Source of the DNA: Acidobacteriaceae bacterium
Lineage (GTDB): Bacteria; Acidobacteriota; Terriglobia; Terriglobales; Acidobacteriaceae
Length of the DNA stretch: 63,026 nt
Direction of reading: 5' to 3'
NCBI GenBank assembly: GCA_003142935.1
Contig: PLOG01000085.1
Span: 59,613 to 122,638, forward strand
Below, piece by piece: positions 37,097 through 46,540 of this stretch. Position 1 is the first letter of the stretch; every line of letters starts with the position of its first letter. Under the pieces are notes generated by a model that saw nothing but the letters and a program-made list of their open reading frames with translations, had not been told where the DNA came from and made no database searches. The position numbers and the translations under genes were made by a program.

Positions 37097-38212
37097 TCAG
37101 CCGTTCATGCCGGGCGTGGTCCTCAGCTTCGCTTTGACTGCCGCAGGCGTCTTGGGCTTGGGAATGCCGTGTTGATGGCAATCCGCGCACTTGACCCAAT
37201 GGATGTTGTGCAGGCTGGACGCGCTGGCGTAGGTCGTGTCCATCCGCTCCACGTCGATTCCGCAGTGTGACATTTGCGGATGGCAGGTCTTGCACGACGC
37301 GCGCGTGTTCTCATTATGCCCATCGTGGCAGGAGACGCAGCTTATCCCCTCGTGCACGCCCATCGGAGTGCGATCGTCTCCCGATCCCACCTGCGGACCC
37401 CAGGCGTTGGCTGCGGCAACGGAACCTGTTTCCGGGTCGCGCGGCGCATGGCACTGGTAGCATAGAGCCTGGCGCGGGTCCTGGCTGATGGTCACCGCGC
37501 GGGCTCCGTCGTGCAGTTGCGGAATGGAAAGCGTAGCGGCGGCAAAGTGGAGAGTCTCCCGCCGGTCGTAGAAGGCCAGCGATTCTGGCACGGCCGCGCC
37601 TGCAACCGAGATCCGCGAGGCGGCCTTGGTTTCCTGTGTGCCTTCGCGATGAATCTGATGGCAGGCCATGCAGGGCATCGCAGCCTGATCGGCAAAGCCG
37701 GAGCGAATGATGCGCCATGGCCCTTTCGTGTTCAGAGGCTTGACCAGATCGCGAATAGAACCGCTGAAGTACATGCCGTGGCAGCGCAGGCAATCGTCCA
37801 TCAGCATGCGTTTGGAGTTGTGCACCGGATCGGCAAAGACCTGGCTGTAGGTAACGCTGTGCGGGCCCGCATGCCAGCTTGCATATTCGTGCTGGTGGCA
37901 GGTCTTGCAATTCTCCGCGATGGCCGGCACATCCACGTCGCGCAGGCGGATGTTCTCCGGAATCGTACCGAAGATGTGAATCCGCATGTGGCGCAGCTTG
38001 GTAGCGAGACTCGCCTCATGGCATTCCATGCAGCCCACGGTCCGGTGGGGCGCGGAATGCACCACGCTCACGCAGGTGGCCATCTCGTGACAGCTTGCGC
38101 AGCCCTGCCCGTATTGCGATGTGTAGTAGTACGACGCGCCATAAGTGCCGCCAACGGCAAGCAGAACCGCAATCCCGGCGGCGATCGCCGCAAATTTGAA
38201 AAATCGCTTCAT
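37097..38212 (-). CDS. Membrane-anchored multiheme cytochrome c, 9 CxxCH motifs
   Basis: N-terminal hydrophobic anchor; CASCH, CMECH, CKTCH, CLRCH, CMACH, CYQCH, CVSCH, CKTCH, CADCH. ATGA overlap with the GMC gene gives the start at 38212. Confidence 0.9.
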   Translation of the reverse strand: MKRFFKFAAIAAGIAVLLAVGGTYGASYYYTSQYGQGCASCHEMATCVSVVHSAPHRTVGCMECHEASLATKLRHMRIHIFGTIPENIRLRDVDVPAIAENCKTCHQHEYASWHAGPHSVTYSQVFADPVHNSKRMLMDDCLRCHGMYFSGSIRDLVKPLNTKGPWRIIRSGFADQAAMPCMACHQIHREGTQETKAASRISVAGAAVPESLAFYDRRETLHFAAATLSIPQLHDGARAVTISQDPRQALCYQCHAPRDPETGSVAAANAWGPQVGSGDDRTPMGVHEGISCVSCHDGHNENTRASCKTCHPQMSHCGIDVERMDTTYASASSLHNIHWVKCADCHQHGIPKPKTPAAVKAKLRTTPGMNG

Positions 38213-39861
38213 GACCGGAATCCCGTACCCTTCCAGTTGCGGACCAATGATTCGGAGGCCAAATACGCGATGGCCATGATGGTGAGCACCGGATTGAAGC
38301 CTCCGTTGGTTACGTGCACGCTCCCATCGATCACGAAGACGTTGTCGACATCGTGAATCTGGCAGTTGCGGTTTACCACTGAGGCTTGCGGATCGATGCC
38401 CATGCGGCAAGTGCCGGCCTGGTGTTGGCCGGCGGATACGACGGTGGGCTTGCCCGCGTTGAGGATCGTGCTCACCGCCCCCGCCTCCTTGAGCCACAGT
38501 TCCGCGCGTTGGGCCTGCACCAGGCCGATCTCGAAGGTGTGGGGATGCACGTTACCGGAAATGCGCGCCACCGGCATGCCCCACTTGTCTCTCACCGCTG
38601 GATCGAGCGTGACCCTAGCGTCGGCCGAGGGAATCGGCTGCGTCGGCCCCATCACGGCGATGTTGCGTTTGTAGAAGCTGCGCATGGATTGCTTGTGCCT
38701 CAGCCCCCATCGGGGCGTGCCGGCGGGCATCCGATCGACCATCTGAATCGGCAGCCTGATGAATTCGTTGGCCAGCATACCCCCGCCACAGAGCCCCGCA
38801 GTGCCGTGGTTGTAGTCGGCGACAGCGATGCTTGCGCCTGGACCGACATCGTCATATGTGTCGGCGTCGAAAAACCCCATGGCTCCGGTGTAGTGGTGGC
38901 CCTGCAGATTCCGGCCCACCTGGTCGTAGCGATTTCCCAACCCATTGGGAAAGAGGCGGCTTTTTGAATTCAACAGCAGGCGAGCCGATTCGATGGCGCA
39001 GGCAGAGACGATCACAATATCGGAAAGCTGCTCCTCCAAATGCCCGTTGGCGTCGTAGTAGGCTACGCCGCGTACCCGCCCGCGATCGTCGGTCAGTACT
39101 TCCCGGGCCATGCATTCGGTGCGCAGCGCGCAGTTTCCCGTGGCCAGCGCGGTGGGTATCACTGTGTTCTGCGAACCGTTTTTCGCATCCACCTCGCAAG
39201 CGAAGCCTACACACCAGCGACAGCGCATGCACGGGCCGCGGCCGTTGTAGGGGACGCTGTTGCGAAGCATGGGAATGTGAAATGGATGCAGGCCAAGACG
39301 TTTGGCGGCCGGCTCCAGGATCTGAAACTCGCGGTTCGGCGGCAGCGGAGCCATGGGCAGTTGACGCCGGCGAGGACCGAAAAAGGGACTGCCCGAGTAG
39401 TCTCCAGAGACGCCGATCTCATATTCGGCCTTTTCGTAGTAAGGCTCCAGATCGTCGTAGCCGATAGGCCAGTCTTCGAGCGAGCTCCCGGCCGGCGCTC
39501 CGTAGATTGAGCGCATGCGGAAGTCCTGGGGCATGAAGCGCCAAGCCATAGCTCCATAGCTCAGCGTTCCACCGCCCACGCAGGCGGCGTTGTTCTGGTA
39601 GCCGCCTTCGCTGGGCAGTAAAGTGCGAGGCCCGCTATGGGGATCGAACAGAACCCGGGGATTGCCTTCATCCTCCGGCCCGAAGGCGTTGCCCAGCACC
39701 GTGGTGCGCTGATTGCGCAGGTCGTCCTTGCGGCAATCGTTGGCGGTGTACCATTTGCCCCGCTCCAGCAGCACAACGCTCAGGCCTGCTGTCGCCAGTT
39801 CCTTGGCAACGATGCCTCCCGCCGCACCGGCGCCCACCACAACTGCATTCACTCGTTTCAT
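38209..39861 (-). CDS. GMC-family FAD oxidoreductase, catalytic subunit
   Basis: VVGAGAAGG, VGGGTLSYGA, Cys cluster CMRCRWCVGFAC, HQAGTCRMG and NPVLTI motifs. Confidence 0.92.
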   Translation of the reverse strand: MKRVNAVVVGAGAAGGIVAKELATAGLSVVLLERGKWYTANDCRKDDLRNQRTTVLGNAFGPEDEGNPRVLFDPHSGPRTLLPSEGGYQNNAACVGGGTLSYGAMAWRFMPQDFRMRSIYGAPAGSSLEDWPIGYDDLEPYYEKAEYEIGVSGDYSGSPFFGPRRRQLPMAPLPPNREFQILEPAAKRLGLHPFHIPMLRNSVPYNGRGPCMRCRWCVGFACEVDAKNGSQNTVIPTALATGNCALRTECMAREVLTDDRGRVRGVAYYDANGHLEEQLSDIVIVSACAIESARLLLNSKSRLFPNGLGNRYDQVGRNLQGHHYTGAMGFFDADTYDDVGPGASIAVADYNHGTAGLCGGGMLANEFIRLPIQMVDRMPAGTPRWGLRHKQSMRSFYKRNIAVMGPTQPIPSADARVTLDPAVRDKWGMPVARISGNVHPHTFEIGLVQAQRAELWLKEAGAVSTILNAGKPTVVSAGQHQAGTCRMGIDPQASVVNRNCQIHDVDNVFVIDGSVHVTNGGFNPVLTIMAIAYLASESLVRNWKGTGFRS

Positions 39862-40403
39862 CAGGCCGAGCCCTTTCTCAGGTCGTACTGCGCGCGGCCG
39901 TTCACAGGCGGCTCAGCCATGCCAAGCATGCGCCAACTCACGGCATTGCGGTTGCCGCCGTGCCGCGGCGCGCCATAGTAACCCTCAAAAGTGTGGCTGC
40001 GCACCAGATCGAAGAACTTTCGATTCTGCTTCTCAATCGCACTCGTTAATTCGGCCATCTGCGGCGCGGCCAGCGCCGCCGGCTCCTGGCCAAAGCGCTC
40101 CCGGCTCATCGCGCCGGCCTGCGCAAGGCCGTCCCGGTAGATGTCCCGATGACGCCGGTAATGGCGAGCGAGTTGCTTGTCGATGTAGGTGAGCACGCCG
40201 GCCTGCGAGGCGCTGGGAAAATCATCCTCTGGGACAATTTGATCGCAGATCGCGGTCAGGGTCCGGGCCTGGGCATCGTTCAGGAAATCCCAATTCCCAT
40301 GATTCCCCTCCTTGCAACCCACGGCGAGTGCAGCGCAGCCCATGGTTCCAGCAGCCACAAATTGCCGCCGCGTCATGCGCTTGGGCTTCTTGCTCGATGG
40401 CAT
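39861..40403 (-). CDS. Gluconate-2-dehydrogenase subunit 3-family (Tat 'hitchhiker' small subunit)
   Basis: MTRRQFVAAG Tat motif, AICDQIVPEDD.P.A...GV..YID, FFDLVRSHTFEGYY and YGGN-like HGGN...SWRMLG. TGATG coupling to the GMC gene. Confidence 0.88.
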   Translation of the reverse strand: MPSSKKPKRMTRRQFVAAGTMGCAALAVGCKEGNHGNWDFLNDAQARTLTAICDQIVPEDDFPSASQAGVLTYIDKQLARHYRRHRDIYRDGLAQAGAMSRERFGQEPAALAAPQMAELTSAIEKQNRKFFDLVRSHTFEGYYGAPRHGGNRNAVSWRMLGMAEPPVNGRAQYDLRKGSA

Positions 40404-40584
40404 AGGCAAATTCCTCAATCCGGACTCAAAGCAGAATATATCCTGCTGCCAGTACGTTTCTGCCCTGGTTCGAAACGCCGGTCCGCTGTATGCTCGGCGC
40501 GAAAGACCTCTCCGGTCTGTGTCAAAAGTCACACTCGTAGATTTTTGCATGAAGATTAGGCAGGGCTGAGAGTCACGACTGATT

Positions 40585-40609
40585 CATTTTGCCCGGAGAA
40601 GGCAAAATG
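40585..40609. promoter_or_regulatory. Perfect 9-bp inverted repeat in a divergent promoter region
   Basis: CATTTTGCC-N7-GGCAAAATG between the dehydrogenase operon and the nagB-like gene. Confidence 0.45.
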
Positions 40610-40805
40610 AGCAAGCAAGGACTCGATTGCCTCAGGTTTTCAAGCTCTGTAGCCGATGGCGCAGCGAATCGGAGCTGCGCTACACTAATACATCCTCTGG
40701 TATAAATTACCGGGCAGGCCACTCTGGCTTGCCGGTTTCCGTGCCCGCTCCAGGCGCTCGATTTTCCGGGGCCGGTGTCAAGATCGAAGGGAGTTTCAAT
40801 CCGTC

Positions 40806-41600
40806 GTGGAAATCAATCAAGTGAAGAGATTTCAAATAGGAAGCATGAATGTGGAGGTTCATTCCGACAGCAAGGCTGCCGGTGCCGCCGCCGCCCGGTC
40901 GGCCGCGGACGCCCTCTGGAAACTGGCCGAAACCCGCGCTTACTTCGGTGTCATCTTTGCCACGGGAGTTTCGCAGATGCAGACGCTGGATGCTCTTACC
41001 AGCATCGAAGGCCTTCCCTGGGATAAAATCCGCGGATTCCATATGGATGAGTACATCGGGATTTCAGCCGATCACCCTGCATCCTTCCGCTGGTACCTGC
41101 GCGAGCGGCTCACGCGGAAAGTCTCGATGAATGAGTTCTATGAGATCGATGGAAGTGCGCCAGATCCCGAAAAGACGGCGGACGAGTATTCCGCACTACT
41201 GCGCGCCGCCGATCCGCAGCTTTGCCTGCTGGGTATTGGCGAGAACGGCCATCTGGCCTTCAATGACCCCGGTGTGGCCGACTTCTCCGATCCGCGCGAC
41301 GCCAAAATCGTCTATCTGGATGCTGACTGCCGCCGCCAGCAGGTAGCTGAAGGCTGGTTTGCAACCTTCGATGAGGTAGCCGACGCTGCCATCACGCTCA
41401 CCATCCCCGCTCTCCTCCGCGTACCCAAGCTGATTGTCTCCGTTCCTGGCCATCGCAAAGCGGCCATTATTCGGCGCGTTCTGTCAGAACCTTTATCCAC
41501 TGACTGCCCCGCCACCATACTGCGCACCCACCCGGACACCACCCTCTATCTCGACTTGGAATCCGCGGCCGGCCTCGAGGGTGTGCTCGTCTCTCAATAG
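40806..41600 (+). CDS. nagB: Glucosamine-6-phosphate deaminase family protein
   Basis: IFATGVSQ, FHMDEYIG, LGIGENGHLAFNDP and AITLTIP motifs. Confidence 0.8.
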   Translation: MEINQVKRFQIGSMNVEVHSDSKAAGAAAARSAADALWKLAETRAYFGVIFATGVSQMQTLDALTSIEGLPWDKIRGFHMDEYIGISADHPASFRWYLRERLTRKVSMNEFYEIDGSAPDPEKTADEYSALLRAADPQLCLLGIGENGHLAFNDPGVADFSDPRDAKIVYLDADCRRQQVAEGWFATFDEVADAAITLTIPALLRVPKLIVSVPGHRKAAIIRRVLSEPLSTDCPATILRTHPDTTLYLDLESAAGLEGVLVSQ

Positions 41601-41663
41601 GTGATTCCAGCGCGATGCAGCGGCGGATCAGTGCCGCAAACAAAGCCCGTAGAAAGGGAATTT

Positions 41664-42572
41664 ATGCTTTGGATTGGCATATGGACGGCGGGAGTCTTGC
41701 TGACGGGAGCAGCAGCGATCGCCACCGCGCAGACGGCCCCTCCCAAATTGATTGACGTACACGAACACTTCGACGGTGAGCCTGGTGTTTTGCAGCAGAT
41801 GCTTATCAAGCTGCAGGCCGCCGACGGCATTGGCATCCTCCTGGTCACGCAGAAGGGTTTCCCTGAAGCCTCGAAGTTCATCCACGAACATCCTGACCGT
41901 TTCATCGGCTTCGGCGACATCAAGCTCGACGATCCCAATGCCCTCCAGGAGATTGACCAATTTCATCAGGCTGGCTTCCGCGGTCTGGGAGAGATTACTT
42001 CCTCCGAGAAAAACTACGACGATCCTTCGTATTGGCCAATCTACGACCGGGCTGCGAAGTACCACATGATTCTCCTCTTTCATACCGGCATTGTCCTCCG
42101 CCGGGACCCCGACCAGCCGGAGAATGTGAGCTTCGACAGGATGCGCGCAACGCGCCTTGACTTGATCGCGCGTCATTGGCCCAAGATGATCGTCATCGGG
42201 GCGCACCTCGGCAATCCGGACTACGCGGAAGCAGCTGAAATTGCGCGGTGGAGCCCGAATCTCTACTTTGACCTTTCCGGATCGAGCCTCATCAAGATGT
42301 CCGGCGACTATGGATTCTTCCGCTCGATTTTCTGGTGGAGCGGAATGGTGAGCCCGCACACCCCGCCCGGAGGCCCGGACGCCTTTGAAAAGCTTGTCTT
42401 CGGCTCCGACATCTTCCAGGGCGAACTGGGGGAATTCGACGCAGGCCAGAGGCGCTATCACGAGATGCTGGACGCTTGCCGCGTTCCCCAGAACGTGCAG
42501 GACATGATCTTCTCCGGAACCATGTGGCGCATTCTCCAGGAACAGCAGCAGGCTGCTGGGCTCCGGCGTTAG
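41664..42572 (+). CDS. Exported amidohydrolase (Amidohydro_2 type)
   Basis: Signal peptide, IDVHEH, LFHTG, IGAHLGNP and LVFGSD motifs. Start moved to the ATG at 41664 after AAAGGGA. Confidence 0.8.
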   Translation: MLWIGIWTAGVLLTGAAAIATAQTAPPKLIDVHEHFDGEPGVLQQMLIKLQAADGIGILLVTQKGFPEASKFIHEHPDRFIGFGDIKLDDPNALQEIDQFHQAGFRGLGEITSSEKNYDDPSYWPIYDRAAKYHMILLFHTGIVLRRDPDQPENVSFDRMRATRLDLIARHWPKMIVIGAHLGNPDYAEAAEIARWSPNLYFDLSGSSLIKMSGDYGFFRSIFWWSGMVSPHTPPGGPDAFEKLVFGSDIFQGELGEFDAGQRRYHEMLDACRVPQNVQDMIFSGTMWRILQEQQQAAGLRR

Positions 42573-42595
42573 ATCCACGTCGAAGTCCGCGTCGC

Positions 42596-43528
42596 TCAAC
42601 AACTGGAGTATTTCTTGCACAGCGCCTGAATATCGCCAACCAGTTTCGGCACCCCGGTCGAGGGTGGCAGGCTGCCAGGGTAGTTGGGTTCATATTCCGC
42701 CGACACAAATCCCTGGTGCCCGGCTTGCGCAAAGATCTGCCATACGCGGTCCATATCCACCGGACCGCGATCGTAAAAATGGTCGCGAATATGAATATTG
42801 GTGGCGTATGGAATGCACGCGGCAATCTGCGCGTAGGCGTCTTGAGTTGGCGTGGAGATGAAGTTTGTAATATCCAGGTTGATTCCGGCATACGGCGAAT
42901 TAACCCGCTGCATGATCTCGACACAAAGGTCCGCGTTCTGCGTGACGCCTTCGTGGTCCTCAACCCCAAGCGTAATGCCCTTTTGGCCGGAATAGTCGCA
43001 TGCGGCCTTCATCGCCTCAACCACCCAATCGACAGCATCTTTCAGCCTCGCGCCCTCCGGCAGCACACCCGCAAAGATCCTCAGATGCGACGCTCCAAGT
43101 TCATCCGTCACATCGACCCACTTCTCGATTTGCTTCACGCTATCCGCGCGCTTTTGAGCGTCGGCCTGCACCATGCTCACGCCGCATGCGCACCCTGAGA
43201 AAGCCACGGCATGCTTGTAGGCCAAATGACGCAGGCTGTGAAGATACTCCGGATCGGTGGACTTCAGGTAATACACCGTCATATCGACGCCGGCCAGTCG
43301 CAACTCTACTGCCTTGAGGATGAAATCTTCCATCGTCATTGCACCCTGCCTGAGGGCCTCATTGTATGAGTAGGCACAGCATCCGGGAAGCAGTCTCGCC
43401 CATTTGGATTTGATCGCGTTCGCATCCGATTGCGCCCCCGCGGCAGCTTGCAGCCCCACAGCATCTATACCGGCTCCTGCAACGGCGGCTAGTCCAACAG
43501 TCTTCACAAACTGACGGCGATTCACCAT
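42596..43528 (-). CDS. Tat-exported sugar phosphate isomerase/epimerase-family (AP endonuclease 2 / xylose isomerase-like TIM barrel) protein
   Basis: MVNRRQFVK Tat motif; metal ligands LGVEDH, NLDITN, NIHIRD and SAEYE. Confidence 0.85.
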   Translation of the reverse strand: MVNRRQFVKTVGLAAVAGAGIDAVGLQAAAGAQSDANAIKSKWARLLPGCCAYSYNEALRQGAMTMEDFILKAVELRLAGVDMTVYYLKSTDPEYLHSLRHLAYKHAVAFSGCACGVSMVQADAQKRADSVKQIEKWVDVTDELGASHLRIFAGVLPEGARLKDAVDWVVEAMKAACDYSGQKGITLGVEDHEGVTQNADLCVEIMQRVNSPYAGINLDITNFISTPTQDAYAQIAACIPYATNIHIRDHFYDRGPVDMDRVWQIFAQAGHQGFVSAEYEPNYPGSLPPSTGVPKLVGDIQALCKKYSSC

Positions 43529-43680
43529 GGGATGCACCTTCTCTCCTGAGTTACGCGATGCTATGGAACACGCAGTTCACAGCATGCTCGGCGTCAGCCT
43601 CGCAAACAGACCAACCTAACACCCATTCCTGCCGTCGTCAACAAAAAGCCCTCCGCGCTCGTCGGCCGCCTCACTTTCCC

Positions 43681-45723
43681 TCACTTCGCCCGGATGGCGG
43701 CTCCGTTCGGCATTATGAACGCAATGGGCCACTGCTCCTGGCCCTGAGCTACTAACGTGGACCAGTTCAGAACCGGCGCGGATTCCTGTTTCAGAATTGA
43801 GACTTCCGGATCGACTTCCTGGAATCGAACCGCCAGGCTGTACGCTTCACCGGTTGCGGCCAGTGTCAGCGGCTCCCGTGGATTCAGACTGCGAATGAAC
43901 AGTTGGGCGATCTTGAGATCATCCATCATCTGAAGAAAGTAGGGCCGCCCGGTCAGCAAGGAATTATAGACATAACCGGCCAGTACGCTGTCGAGGGGAT
44001 TGGCATACGCTTCATCAAAGCCATCCGGCGCTGAAGTGCCGGATGAATCGACGCGAAACTTCATGCTGGTTTCTCCCAATCCGCGAAAATCGAATGAGAA
44101 TACTTCGTAGCCGTCGTTCAAAAGCTTCGATATCTGTGGCCAATCCTCTCGGGACGCTTTGCCGTGAAGGCTAAACCAAAGGATGCCTCCCTTGGGGTGG
44201 CTGCCTTCACTGTAAAAGTGAAGAAGAGGCATCTCCAGATACCTGCTGTGATGAAGCACATACCGGTCGATATGCACTGTTCCAATCGTGGTGCTTCCAA
44301 CAGCTTGCCAACGCACTTCCATTGGCAGCGAAGAGCCGGCATACCGGCTGACGCTCCAGGAGGCAATGTTTGGATCCTGTTCGCTCCGGTCGAGCTCGGC
44401 CAATGTTGTCTGATTGCGATGCGAAGCGTCCATGGAGTACGCGGCGATGAATTGAAGAAGCGTACGCCCCTCCGGATAATCGACCGACACCTGCCCGCTC
44501 TTTGTCACGCGAAGGTCGGCGTCGCTAAACGGAGTTACAGGCGGAAGGCCGTGGCGAACCGGCATCCGATTGAAACGATCGAGAAAGCTCAACGCCGCTT
44601 CCTGGTTTTTCAACGAATACTCGTGCCGGTTGTAACTCTCGGCGAAATCGATTCGGTCGCCGTGTCCAAAACGCCTGTAGAAGCTGCTGACTTCCTCGTA
44701 GGACTTATGAGCACCCTGCACCGGAAAGAAATCGAGACTGGCGGTTGCCACCATTACCGCGCGCGGATACATCGCCAATAACATGCCCGCATGATCCACC
44801 CCCTTCGAGATGAGCCCGAAGAGATCCTGCTCCGGATCGCTGTCTGAATCGGCAAAGATTCGGTTTTCCACGCGCATGGGAAGCGCCGTAATGTAACAGG
44901 AGGGAATAATGACCTTGATCCTCTCATCGAGCGCGCCGATCAGCGCCGTCTGGAAACCGCCGCCGCTCGTGCCCGTGATATTGATCCTTGCGCCGTCCAC
45001 GTCCGGGCGAGTGAGCAGATAATCCACGGCGCGCACGCCATCCCACACTTCCCACCGGGCCAGATTGGCGCCGGCGAGATAGGCCAGGTTTCCCATCACG
45101 GCATGCTCGCCACAGATCAGGTTGTAACGGCTTTTCTTTGCCTTTGCATCCCAGAACTGGCTTCTTTCGCCTTGCCCCACCGGATCCCAACTGATAACAA
45201 GGTACCCGCGCAGGGCCAGCCTCTCGCAAAGAGCTTGGTAATGATTTTTCCCGTCTGCCGAGTGTCCCGCTGGGACCAGAATGGCCGGATGTAACTTGTC
45301 GCCATTCTCAGGCACATACACAAGTGCAGTTACATAGAGCCCAGGAAGGCTTTGATAGATCAACTTTTCGATATGAAATCCAGCGCCTGAAACTCGGCCC
45401 GTAATCTCAGCGTGCAGGTCTGTCTTCTCCGTTGGAAGCCCACCGATCATCTCGAGCAGCGATCGTTTAAGCTCCGCGCGCAACTGCAGAAGTTCGCTCT
45501 CGCTCTTGACACGCGACCAGCGCTCCCGGCGCAGTTCATCCTCATCCCATGCAAGCGCGGTTTGATAGAGCAGATACGGCGTAATCTGCGGACCTTCTGC
45601 TTCCGCGGGAGAAAGCACGCGAAATGCCTCAGCCGGAGGCGCATCCTGTCCCGTAACTGGCGTTGCGCACATGACCGCCATAGCAAGAACGCAAACCAGC
45701 CGCACACCGGTCGAGCCGCCCAT
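43681..45723 (-). CDS. Exported alpha/beta-hydrolase, acetyl xylan esterase (AXE1/CE7)-like
   Basis: Signal peptide, LVPAGH, WDPVGQGER, nucleophile elbow TGTSGGG, and a second hydrolase-like domain (FDFRGLGET). Confidence 0.8.
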   Translation of the reverse strand: MGGSTGVRLVCVLAMAVMCATPVTGQDAPPAEAFRVLSPAEAEGPQITPYLLYQTALAWDEDELRRERWSRVKSESELLQLRAELKRSLLEMIGGLPTEKTDLHAEITGRVSGAGFHIEKLIYQSLPGLYVTALVYVPENGDKLHPAILVPAGHSADGKNHYQALCERLALRGYLVISWDPVGQGERSQFWDAKAKKSRYNLICGEHAVMGNLAYLAGANLARWEVWDGVRAVDYLLTRPDVDGARINITGTSGGGFQTALIGALDERIKVIIPSCYITALPMRVENRIFADSDSDPEQDLFGLISKGVDHAGMLLAMYPRAVMVATASLDFFPVQGAHKSYEEVSSFYRRFGHGDRIDFAESYNRHEYSLKNQEAALSFLDRFNRMPVRHGLPPVTPFSDADLRVTKSGQVSVDYPEGRTLLQFIAAYSMDASHRNQTTLAELDRSEQDPNIASWSVSRYAGSSLPMEVRWQAVGSTTIGTVHIDRYVLHHSRYLEMPLLHFYSEGSHPKGGILWFSLHGKASREDWPQISKLLNDGYEVFSFDFRGLGETSMKFRVDSSGTSAPDGFDEAYANPLDSVLAGYVYNSLLTGRPYFLQMMDDLKIAQLFIRSLNPREPLTLAATGEAYSLAVRFQEVDPEVSILKQESAPVLNWSTLVAQGQEQWPIAFIMPNGAAIRAK

Positions 45724-45770
45724 CAGAACCTCCGCTCACAGCTGCCACAACACCGCCAATGCTTCCACCA

Positions 45771-46478
45771 CTATTTATCCCCTGCCAGCGTCAGCACCCC
45801 GAATCTCTTTGGTTCATGAAAAGTATTGCTCATGGGAACCTTCCAGGCGATCAATTTCCGATGTTCGGGCGGTCCTTGGCTGCGGAACAGGTTCGCGCGA
45901 AAGGTCCTGCCCAGCGCTGGAGGGCGCGTATCCAAAGCTGCAAACGGAATTCGCATGGCGCCATACCATATCTTTGCCGTCGAATCGATCCGAGCAGCTA
46001 CCTGAATTCCGGAGTTCCACAGCCATCCCACCGCAGGATCCGGGAGATCGAGATTAATATCGAGATCGATCCACTCCCGCTGCGGCGAAACTTCGAACTC
46101 CTTGTACCTGCGAACGTTGTTAAAATCGGAACCAATAAACAGCTCTGCGACATCCCAATTCCAAAGTCCATAGGTCTCTTCCGCCGTATTTGGCGAGGGC
46201 TTTAGATAGAGCTCCTCGTAGGGACATTGAAACAGAAGATAGAGATTATTCTTTGTCCATCGGGAACTTACCTGCGTTCTATGCGCGGGGAGAACGTGGC
46301 CCCAATTGTCTACTTCCGCATACACCGAAGGCGTCCCCTGCCAGAATGCTGACTGGGGGTCCGTGTCCAACTCAACATCCTGAGCCGCATAGGCACTCCT
46401 GAATGCGCCGCGATCGCCGGCGCTGGCATGGAGCGCTCCGCTCAAGAAAAGCAGGCATGTAGCGAAGAATCCTCTCAC
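45771..46478 (-). CDS. CBM9-like (DOMON-type) carbohydrate-binding protein, exported
   Basis: RWTKNNLYLLF, LWNWDVAELFI, YKEFEVSP, WYGAMRIPF, RANLFR and FHEP..FG motifs. GTG start at 46478 after GAGGA. Confidence 0.75.
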   Translation of the reverse strand: MRGFFATCLLFLSGALHASAGDRGAFRSAYAAQDVELDTDPQSAFWQGTPSVYAEVDNWGHVLPAHRTQVSSRWTKNNLYLLFQCPYEELYLKPSPNTAEETYGLWNWDVAELFIGSDFNNVRRYKEFEVSPQREWIDLDINLDLPDPAVGWLWNSGIQVAARIDSTAKIWYGAMRIPFAALDTRPPALGRTFRANLFRSQGPPEHRKLIAWKVPMSNTFHEPKRFGVLTLAGDK

Positions 46479-46540
46479 CGCATCTTCCTCCACAAAAAAC
46501 CAGGCGTCCGCTCGAAGGTCGCCTGCAACACCTACCGCTC

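Noticed and set aside
38213-38497. N-terminal extension of the cytochrome ORF given in the track (start 38497)
   Set aside because: It overlaps the GMC gene in another frame; the ATGA overlap at 38209-38212 followed by a signal anchor is the better start.
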